Source: Octopus sinensis
Lineage: Eukaryota
NCBI RefSeq assembly: GCF_006345805.1
Contig: NW_021832468.1
Span: 1 to 29,598 of the forward strand
Direction: 5' to 3'
DNA: 29,598 nucleotides
A program made the translations under genes and the position numbers. This document shows positions 1-10,004 of the stretch, piece after piece; positions within the stretch are counted from its first letter, which is position 1; every line of letters starts with the position of its first letter. A model generated the notes under the pieces. It had not been told where the DNA came from. It made no database searches and saw only the letters and a list, made by a program, of their open reading frames with translations.

Positions 1-304
1 TACATACATACATACATGCATGCATGCATGCATACATACATACATACATACATACATAACATACATAGATACATACATACAATCATACATACATACATAG
101 CATACATACATACACACATACATACATACATACATACATGCATACATACATACATACATACATAATACCTACCTACCTACATACATACATACATACATAC
201 ATACATAATTCCCACCTACATACATACATACAAACATACATACATACATGCATGCATACATAAATATATACGTAGGCATATATATATATATACATACATA
301 CATA

Positions 305-360
<56 letters not shown>
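1..360. repeat. Compound (TACA)n/(TGCA)n/(TA)n microsatellite
   Basis: Direct reading; explains ORFs 173-391 and 248-448. Confidence 0.97.
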
Positions 361-363
<3 letters not shown>

Positions 364-600
364 GCATAGACGGAGAAATACGATACAACATTTTGCTGTT
401 TCCGTTTTATATTACGTATCTGTATTTAATATCTCTTTACAATGTTGATGCTCATGTTTGTATAATATTAGTGGTTATGTTTTTGCACGAGTATATATCG
501 GACGGATTGATACCTGGAGGTATAGATCTATATGTTGTTTTTGACGTTTGGTAGTTAATGTAGAATGCTGTAGGTCAACGATGATATACAAGCACAGGTT

Positions 601-893
601 TTGTATATATCTGTGATTATGTATATACGAATATATATACACACATATATATATATATATACATATGTATATATGTTTATGTATATATATATGTGTGTAT
701 ACATGTATATGAGTGTGTATATATTTATATATATATATATATATATAGACATAGATATATATACATATGCATATATGCACATGTATATCGATATATGTAT
801 ATATAAAATTATGTGTATGTGTATACATAAGCACTCATATAATATATATATATATATATATATATTATTAATATGTGTGTTTGTGTGTGTGTG
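601..893. repeat. Degenerate (TA)n/(TG)n microsatellite field
   Basis: Direct reading. Confidence 0.93.
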
Positions 894-906
894 ATGAAGG
901 GTCTAC

Positions 907-1010
907 ATTGCAAGAAATGAGAGCTAAAATGCTCTAATTCTGTTGTTAAAGCACATAATTATGTACTTTAGCTACAGCATTAGAGCATTTTAGCTCTTGT
1001 TTCTAGCAAT
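907..1010. repeat. 104-bp spacerless imperfect palindrome (52-bp arms)
   Basis: Arm 907-958 ATTGCAAGAAATGAGAGCTAAAATGCTCTAAT...ACATAA matches the reverse complement of 959-1010 with 7 mismatches in 52 by my count. Confidence 0.92.
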
Positions 1011-1135
1011 ATATGTATTCTAACACAGTCGCATTTAGTGACATTTACAGTTTTCATTTTTGGTAACGCATTGCGCATGGCTGGTTTATATATATATTAT
1101 TCACTCACAGTTAAACATGTGTATAGATGCAAACA

Positions 1136-1450
1136 TGGAGGCACATAGCCTAGTGGTTAGAGTAGCGGACTCACAGTCGAGGGATCGTGAGTTCGAATCT
1201 CAGATCGGGAGATATCTCTGTTTATGAGCGAAACACCTGAAGCTCCACGAGGCCCCGGCCAAAGGTAATGGCGAACTTTTGCTGACTCTGTCGCCACAAC
1301 TTTCTCTCACTCTTTCCTCCTGCATCTTGCAGCTCACCTGCGACGGACCGGCGTCCTGTCCAGGTGGAGAACCGAGACCCGCAATGAAACCTGGAAACTG
1401 GCCCTTATGAATCAGACATGGCTCGAAAAAGAACAAACAACAGCAACAAT
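1136..1450 (+). mobile_element. tRNA-derived SINE family E, full length
   Basis: A-box-like TAGCCTAGTGG, B-box GTTCGAATC, central CCTGCGACGGACCGGCGTCCTGTCCAGG (V-domain-like, from memory), (ACAA)-type tail; colinear with the minus-strand copy at 20783-21087. Confidence 0.88.
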
Positions 1451-1595
1451 ATAGTTGCTCACATGATCTACACGCAAAATCGCATGTTTGCGATAATCAT
1501 ATATTTTAGTAAGTTTATCGTCGTCGTCATCGTCATCATCATGATGATGATGATCATCATCATCATCATCATCATCCTCATTATTATTATTAGCT

Positions 1596-1797
1596 CGTTA
1601 GCTCGACGGAAGACGGACTAAAAGCATGGCGCCATTTGGTCCGTCTTTACGTCGTGAGTTCAAATGCTTCCAGTGTCGGCTCTACCTTTCATCATTTCGA
1701 GGGTGATAAAATTAGCACCAACTGTGCTCTGGAGTCGATGTAATCGACTTACCCAAGCCCTTCGAACTTGCTGGCCTTGTACCAAAATTTGAAATCA
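1596..1797 (+). mobile_element. SINE family A, diverged copy embedded in (ATC)n
   Basis: GTCTTTACGTCGTGAGTTCAAAT...GTCGATGTAATCGACTT...GCTGGCCTTGTACCAAAATTTGAAA matches the copies at 12607-13300. Confidence 0.82.
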
Positions 1798-1848
1798 TCA
1801 TCATCGTCCTCATCATCGTCCTCCTCCTCCTCCTCCTCCTCCTCCTCC

Positions 1849-1897
<49 letters not shown>

Positions 1898-1962
1898 TAT
1901 TATTAGCGTTATCTTCATCATTAGAATCATCATCCTCATTGTAATCGTAATCGTTGTCGTCG

Positions 1963-2004
<42 letters not shown>

Positions 2005-2030
2005 CCACCACCACTGTTATCATTATTATT
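1795..2030. repeat. Compound (ATC)n/(CTC)n/(ACC)n trinucleotide microsatellite
   Basis: Direct reading; source of the poly-D/E/M stretches in ORFs 1712-2086 and 1749-2318. Confidence 0.95.
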
Positions 2031-2559
2031 GGTTTGGATTTGCACGGGTGTCTTCGAGATATTTCTGCAAAACTTTCTATTTTCACAGTAATTGCTCCTT
2101 TTCGAAGAGAAGGGCTTTTCGAAGTTTACGGCACCAATTCTATTATTTGTGGTTGAAGAATGGTCTATATTGTAGACATAGCATTTAAAAAAAAACGAAT
2201 GTTGTTTCTTAGTAATGTAATATGGCAAGGGGCGGGAAGCAGGAAGAGGTGCAGCAATAAAGGAGACAACCCTAATTACGTCCCCAAATAGATAAATAAA
2301 AAGCGGAAACAATAACATTGTTCTAAAAAAGCAAAAAAGGACAGACAGAAAATTAGATGGATTTAATTGAACAAGCAGACACAGAAGACATTTTCATTTT
2401 CAACGGATCAGACACGGAACATTATAGCTAATAACGTTAATTGTAAAGACAATAATATTTATGACATATTGTTTTACGGTCTTTGTTAATGAAAGTGGAG
2501 CAAAGAAGATGGTAGACGTACGTTACAGGTGCCAGCGCTTCCTTGCCCAATGAAGTTGT

Positions 2560-3250
2560 CAAGGAGCGGGCTACGAAGAGAGTAAAATGCACCTGTTTTG
2601 CGTAATAGCTGCAAGAACCTCTGGCCCCCATGTGGCACGCTGTCTCATCTATCAGCAAAAGTATGGAGTATCAAAGGAGGCGTATATCTACTCTTTGAGG
2701 CCGAACTCGAAGAAGTGCACTAAATAGAGTCGGCGCTACACGCACCTCACTAGTGGTCACTGCGCAATATTCGGTGTAGGATTAATGCATGCTTCATTAA
2801 CGTCCAAAAATATAAGTATTGTCCTCATCATTAGCTCTTCATCACCTTAACAGCAAAATATCGCCTAGTGTTGGAAGCAGAGTCGACACAAAACAACATG
2901 CGATCGAAAGAGCGGATGTGGGGTATATACGGATATGCAAGTCCAGGTGACTCCCGAAGACCACTAGCCTATTCTGGAGCTCATACTGCAGAATGAAAAG
3001 AAATTAATGGGATTGGTGGTACAGGAAAGAAAGCCTGGTTGCTACTCGTATGACAGTTAGATACCATGACGGGCATTTTGCCCGAAAGAGATAGAAAAGG
3101 AAACGGGAACATGCGAGAGGCAACCAACAGTATAGATAACAATAATTAAAGCAGATATCAGAAACAACTAGGTTCAGAGTACCTGGTTGCACAGCTTCGA
3201 GGGACGCGGATAAAATCGCATCAACTTTAATGCAAGTAGCCGATTAGCAG
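2560..3250 (+). mobile_element. Highly degraded RTE-like LINE ORF2 C-terminal fossil
   Basis: Frameshifted peptides in the expected order: NIRCRINA (2766-2789), SKNISI (2803-2820), ILEL...ERK, KEIEKETGTCERQPTV*ITIIK (from 3085), resembling RTE motifs EIRRRI, SKNISIKTK and GKIEGKRGRGRP..W.DNIK; judged by eye only. Confidence 0.45.
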
Positions 3251-3454
3251 GAAAACAGGAATTAGGATCCTGACAATACAATTACATTTTTAGTGAATAT
3301 AATAAGAATATAGGGCCTGGAGACAGATGTAAACCCAACGATGGCAGCAGAGAGATAAAAGGCATAGAGAAGAGTAAAAAACCAGCCTGGAAATATATTC
3401 TTTCGTTTTCCGTGTTGAATCGTTTATTGATATTAATATTTTCCCCTGTAAAAT

Positions 3455-3668
3455 GGCGGCGATCTCGTGGAACAGTTTGCGCGCCGGCCAAAACGCTTAG
3501 CGGCATTTGGCCTGTCTTTACGTTCTGGGTGCAAATTGCATCAGGGTCGACTTTGCCCTTTATCCTTTAGAGGAGGATAAAATAAGTGCCAGTCAGGTAC
3601 TGACATCGATATAATAAAATTACACCTTCCAATGAAACTGCTGGCCTTGTGGCAAGATTTGAACCCAG
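3455..3668 (+). mobile_element. SINE family A, diverged full-length copy
   Basis: GGCGGCGA head, GCTTAGCGGCATTT, GGGTCGACTTTGCC, GATAAAATAAGTGCCAG, GCTGGCCTTGTG tail. Confidence 0.82.
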
Positions 3669-3801
3669 TATCTTTCTATGTTGTAATTATGCATAAAATC
3701 AGTTATTAAGTGAGCGTATGTGACACAAACACTCACATAAGTACACCATATACACGCATGTATTTGTATGTATATATATATTTATACATCTATTTGTATG
3801 C

Positions 3802-4258
3802 ATTTATTCTTTTATTCATTTATTTGTTTCAGTAATTTGACTGCAACCAGGCGGGAGCAAAGCCTTTAGTCGAGCAAATCCTTTAGTCGAGCAAATCGAC
3901 CAAGGCCTTATGCTTTGTAAGACTAGTATTTATTCTGTCAGTCTCTTTTACCAAACCGCTAAGTTACGGGGACGTAAACACAGCAGAGTCGGTTATCAAG
4001 CTGTGTTGGGGGACAAACAGAGACACACAAGCATATACATACATATATATTATATATATATATATTATATATCTTATATATATATATATATATAATATAC
4101 GATGAGCTTCTTTTCAGTTTCCGTTCTCCTAAATCCACTCAGAGGCTTTGGTCGGCCCGGGGCTATAGTAGAAGACGCTTGCCCAAGGTTGCCACGCAGT
4201 GGGGACTGAACCCAGAACCATGTGGTTGGTAAGCCAGCTACATACCACACAGCCACTC
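3802..4258 (-). mobile_element. Composite SINE family B, full length (tRNA-like head, CORE-like segment, internal (TA)n, 3' module, GAATAAAA tail)
   Basis: Minus strand GAGTGGCTGTGTGGT...GGGTTCAGTCC...CCTTGGGCAAG...(TA)n...GTTTACGTCCCCGTAACTTAGCGG...CAGTCAAATTACTGAAACAAATAAATGAATAAAAG; internal 17-bp tandem duplication CCTTTAGTCGAGCAAAT at 3863-3896. Confidence 0.88.
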
Positions 4259-4269
4259 TTTCCGGATAT

Positions 4270-4305
4270 ATTATATAAATATCGTATATACATTATATAT
4301 ATAGA

Positions 4306-4350
<45 letters not shown>

Positions 4351-4795
4351 CACATCTAATATGCACACACACACAAAATATGTGTATGTATGTGTACGTT
4401 TATATGTGTATATTTATGTGTGTGGCATGACACTGCGTTGTGAAGTAGTTCTATCCTGTACATATATATATGTATACAAACTAACTCCGCAAACTGACTC
4501 ATATACCAGCACCTATACGAAGAATATATTTCTGTAAACAGTACACGCCTTCTCTAAATTATAGATATCATCATAAAACGTTACAACGTGGGAGTATTAC
4601 TAAACAACCTATGTATGTATATATGTATGTATGTATATGTATGTGTGTGTGTGTGTGTGTATGTTAGTGTGAGTAATTGTGTTTCAACAGTATACGCACA
4701 AACATATTACACAATCAAACATGTGTGTCTGTGTGTATATGCAAGTATATGTATTGTATATATGTATATGCATATATATATATTATATATATATA

Positions 4796-4833
<38 letters not shown>

Positions 4834-4967
4834 ACACCACATATATATATATGATGAATATATATATATATTATATATATATACAAATATATATGTATAT
4901 ATGTATATATATATATACAAATATATATATATGTATATATATACATGCGTGTGTGTGTGTGTGTGTG

Positions 4968-5013
<46 letters not shown>

Positions 5014-5040
5014 TATATGTATATATATCAAGCGCCTTGA
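4270..5040. repeat. (TA)n/(TG)n/(TATG)n microsatellite field with short unique inserts
   Basis: Direct reading. Confidence 0.88.
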
Positions 5041-5208
5041 ATAGATAGATAGATACTTACTGCTTTCAAGGAATGCATATGTGCATATGCCTATTTCTGC
5101 CGCTTGGGTATACATTTCTACGTTCTCTATTGTCTCCTGCACGGTTCTTGCACCACAAATATAACTTCAGATATAACATCAAATATCTCTATGCACATGT
5201 AAATCAAG

Positions 5209-5240
<32 letters not shown>

Positions 5241-5376
5241 TCAGAGTCGCGCATATACGTAACTGCATATGCAGTTATACACACGCATACATGTACTCCT
5301 GAATATGAATGTTGTCTATATAAACTTCAGTCAAAAGCAGTTAGAGTTTTCTAAGGCCACTCTCAGAACATTCTAG

Positions 5377-5793
5377 ATGTATGTATATGCATATATATAT
5401 ATACATACACCTATGTGTGTATATCAATATGTATGTAAAAATAGTCATATATACGTAGAAATATATATATATATGCATTGTATATACTTATATGTATATA
5501 TGTATATATATATATGTATGTATATATATATGTATATATATATATATATTATATATATTATATATATATATATAATTATTTGAGGGAATATCAATCCTAA
5601 CTTACAGGGAAAAAATTCAATTTAGAAATACTAAATTATATATATATATATTTGCATGTATGTATGTATATATATACATATATATGTATATACAGATGTG
5701 TGCGTGTGTGTATGTACAAAGTTTGTGTGTATGTAAATATATACAAAAAGAGTGAGAGAGAGGGGGATTATGCACACATGCATAAATACACAC

Positions 5794-5837
<44 letters not shown>

Positions 5838-5900
5838 GTATATATATGTGTGTGCGTTTGTGTGTATGTGTGTGTGTGCATACATACATGTATATATTGA
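5377..5900. repeat. (TA)n/(CA)n/(TG)n microsatellite field
   Basis: Direct reading. Confidence 0.88.
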
Positions 5901-6204
5901 CGTTGCTCTTTAAATGGACGTCTTCAGATCGATATTGATTACATTATGCAATTACTCGTTACCATTTCTATATTATTAATATGAAATCAATGCGGAAAAT
6001 ATTCGATCTAGATAAATTACGGGAATTAATTCATGCGTACACACAACACACGTACACACAAGCTCGCGCGCCTGTTAGGTAACCCTATACCAAGACACAT
6101 TTTTCCTAACGTTTCTGTATTAGTATTCTATCTCTCTCTTTCTCCTTCCGTTTGTCTCTCTCTCTCTCTCTCTCTATTATCTATTTATCTATCTACCCGT
6201 ATAT

Positions 6205-6247
<43 letters not shown>

Positions 6248-6444
6248 CAAGATAAGAAATGGAGAAATACATGTAAATCAAATATCAATTACCAGATAAT
6301 ACTCAATCACATACTTTATTAACCACCACATAAGAGACTGTAGGGTTAAATATAAAAAGCAGAACAAAAACAAATCAGTGTACATAAAGGCATAAAGGAA
6401 TGTACATAAAAAGTGTACATAAATATATATATATATATATATAT

Positions 6445-6566
6445 CTTTCCTTTTTGCGATTCCTTTTGATCGAAAACCTATCCCCTTTTTTTCTCCCCAA
6501 ATAGAAAAGTTCTACCTTGTAATCTGTCCCGTCTGTGTTCAGCCCTGTGTGGCTAATAAAGAAACA
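6445..6566 (+). mobile_element. 3' end of a non-LTR retroelement (clade unassigned) with AATAAA and microsatellite tail
   Basis: Near-identical to 18833-18950 (TTTGATCGAAAACCTA...TGTCCCGTCT...AGCCCTGT(G)TGGCTAATAAAGAAA); both copies end directly at a microsatellite. Confidence 0.72.
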
Positions 6567-6708
6567 TATCTATCTATCTATCTATCTATCTACCTCTCTA
6601 TCTATCTATCTATCTATCTATCTACCTCTCTATCTATCTACCTCTCTATCTATCTATCTATCTATCTATTTATCTATCTATCTATCTACCTCTCTATCTA
6701 TCTACCTC

Positions 6709-6745
<37 letters not shown>

Positions 6746-6800
6746 TTATCTATCTATCTATCTACCTCTCTATCTATCTACCTCTCTATCTATCTACCTC

Positions 6801-6853
<53 letters not shown>

Positions 6854-6892
6854 TTATCTATCTATCTATCTACCTCTCTATCTATCTACCTC

Positions 6893-6948
<56 letters not shown>

Positions 6949-6952
6949 CCTC

Positions 6953-7006
<54 letters not shown>
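6567..7006. repeat. (TATC)n array with higher-order variant pattern
   Basis: TATC units interrupted by TACCTCTC and TATT in a recurring order. Confidence 0.96.
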
Positions 7007-7007
<1 letters not shown>

Positions 7008-7497
7008 GTTTGTCTGTGGGCCTATTTGTCAGTCTATTTAATTTAATGTACATGAATTACGATACTTTGTGATTAACTCCACACGCGAGCGCGCACACAC
7101 ACGTATGCCAAAAAATACATTCGCATGTGCACCCGCTCATGTACCACAACACTTGTTTCCCACATGTGTGCATATAAACTACATTATTCATGTTTTCGGA
7201 TCATCTTTAATCGGGCAGTTACTAATGTATATTTATATACACGCATACACGTACACACGTATATACATAACATACGTGTATTTATACATATGTGAGACTG
7301 TGAGATTGTCTCTGTGTGTCTGTGTGCGTGTGTGCGTATGTATGTAAATGTATACATACATATATTTATTTATATGTATGTATATATATATACATATGCA
7401 CACACATATATATATATACAAATGTATGCGAATATATGTACCATGTATATCCATACATACATGCATGCACACATCTATCTCTCTCTTTCTCTATCTC

Positions 7498-7552
<55 letters not shown>

Positions 7553-8270
7553 GTATACACATACACACACACACAGACATAGACACAGACACACACACAC
7601 ACATATGCATACATGCTTGTATATAAGTCGCATCAGAACTGAAAAACATTTTAAATATAAATTCACGCTGTAGCTAAAATATCAGTTACACGGTATTATA
7701 CATACGTGTATATTGTTTAATTAATGACGGGCCATTAAATGCACAAATTTGCTAATTATATCTTCCACCATTGTAACTGGTTTATAGAATAATTTATCAG
7801 TGATACTGACCGGGGATAGCAGCCAGGTATGTCTTTACAGGTGAGTAGATGAGTGTTCATCGAAACGCAAAACGGTCCGTCACGGGACTCCCTCATTTTC
7901 CGCTTATCACTTGCGGATAAGAAATATGTTTTTTTATTGCTATTTAAACCTTAGTGGGTGTTTGGAATATTTAAATTTATTTTAGTTTTTCTGAATTACA
8001 CTTTCTGTACACACATTCATACATATATCTTTTGTTTTGATACAAAGCCAGAAACCCAGGGTCTGGAGTTTTTACTAATTTATTTATCTTTAGTCTTTTC
8101 ACCTTGTACTATACTGAATACTTGACGTGCTTTTTAGAGTCAGTATTTGACTGCTATCTTAAGCATGGTGGCCTCTCTTAGATGCCCTTGATTATAATTT
8201 TAATAAGGTTTTGTCTTCCTATGCTACCACTAGATTTGATCTCTATTCAAAATAACAATCTTATCCGTAT

Positions 8271-8334
<64 letters not shown>

Positions 8335-8452
8335 TGATATGAAATAATAATAATAATAAATAATAAATAATGATAATAATAATAATAATATAATTATAAT
8401 AATAATAATACAATAATATAATGATGATAATAATAATAATAATAATAATAAT
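8271..8452. repeat. (AAT)n/(GAT)n microsatellite
   Basis: Direct reading. Confidence 0.95.
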
Positions 8453-8849
8453 CAAATAATCATACTATTAGGGAGTATAACTCAAACTTCCAGAGAAATT
8501 CAATTTGTATTAAATCAAATTACCCAATATAAATAAATATATAAATTAATGGTTTATGTCTATCTTGGTTAATTCAGAATAGTGGTTCTTCTCTAATTGA
8601 TATATATATATATATATATAAATGTACATATGTGCATAAATTACATGTCTATAGATATATATACTCTATACTCATAGAACATTTTGTAAATTGACATCTA
8701 TTTTCTACGAGTTCATAGGTAAAGTATTTTCTGTGTGTGATATGTGCATCTGCGTGCACGTGTGCATTCCTTTGTGTGTGTTGTAGGACAGCAAAAGAAA
8801 ATTAGAAATTTTCTTTTGCTTTCTCGCAAGAAATTCCTATAATATTCTT

Positions 8850-8957
8850 TCCTACTTTAAACACAAGGTCCGAAATTTTGAGGGAGCGGCCCAGTCGATT
8901 CGATCGACCCCTGTACGGAAGGATGAAAGGCAAAGTCGACCTCGGCGGAATTTGAAA
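8850..8957 (-). mobile_element. SINE family A fragment
   Basis: GAAGGATGAAAGGCAAAGTCGACCTCGGCGGAATTTGAA is the reverse complement of the family A core. Confidence 0.8.
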
Positions 8958-9335
8958 AAAAATCCTATAATATTGAACATTTAATCATAGCTAAAACATT
9001 CATCGTAGAATCAACTATTAAAGCTTGTAGCATTACACGATTGTAACTAACACGGAGCATTTGCAGTACATTAATGCATTTTTAACAGCAAAATATTGAA
9101 GCTTTATTTTTTGCATTTAATAAGGAAACTGAACTGCATTTCCTACGTTATAATATTTATTTATTTATTGAAGCGTTTGCTGGGAGGCATAAGAAAGCGC
9201 GTTGAATTTTAATAACGAACAGTATTTCGAATGATTTAAGTATGTGTATGTAATGTATGTAAGTATGTATGTATATACGTATGTATGTATGTAAGTATGT
9301 ATGTATATATGTATGTATGTATGTATGCCTGTGTG

Positions 9336-9421
9336 TATGTATTATATGCATACAATAGGATATGCATACACACACACACATGGATGTCTGATTGTATGTA
9401 TATAGTACATACATATACATA
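9336..9421 (+). repeat. Left arm of a long-range inverted repeat (partner 12010-12097)
   Basis: Unique core CATGGATGTCTGATTGTATGTA is the exact reverse complement of TACATACAATCAGACATCCATG at about 12031-12052. Confidence 0.88.
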
Positions 9422-9648
9422 TATATAATACATACATATATATATATATATGCATGTATATATACATATATCTGGTATATATACATGGATAATTATATAT
9501 ATCGGGTATGTGCTTGCTTGTGTAATAGGTATGCGTAATGTATATCTATTATATATATATATATATATTTATACATATATAACATTGTATATAACATGGA
9601 TATATATATATATATATATATATATCTATGTATATAACCTCAACATGC

Positions 9649-9693
<45 letters not shown>

Positions 9694-9827
9694 GCATATA
9701 TATATATATTATCATATATATGTATATTATACAGGCATATATATATAATATATATATATAATATGTATATATACCATGCATATATATTATATATATATAG
9801 GTATATATACATGCATATAATATATAC

Positions 9828-9868
<41 letters not shown>

Positions 9869-10004
9869 TATTATATATATTATATATATATATACATATC
9901 TATATAGATATATACAATACAATATATATATATATATATACATATAATATATATATATACAATACAATATATCTACATATTATAGTATATATATATATAT
10001 ATAT

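Noticed and set aside
173-894. ORFs rich in [12 protein letters not shown] here and throughout the window
   Set aside because: Translations of (TA)n/(TG)n/(TACA)n repeats, which lack stop codons; no protein signal.
1749-2318. 189-aa minus-strand ORF with an acidic tail and an upstream acceptor-like TTTTTTAG near 2322
   Set aside because: The length comes from the (ATC)n repeat and it runs into a SINE; the unique part has no recognisable domain and no convincing in-frame donor.
5061-5188. Possible minus-strand exon ending at a perfect GTAAGT donor (peptide ...[27 protein letters not shown], faintly like an iGluR YAFLxES motif)
   Set aside because: The TAG acceptor gives stops in all three frames; the open frame needs a weak AAG or non-pyrimidine acceptor, and the motif match is too short.
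6535-7046. 165-168-aa YLSI-repeat ORFs
   Set aside because: Translations of (TATC)n.
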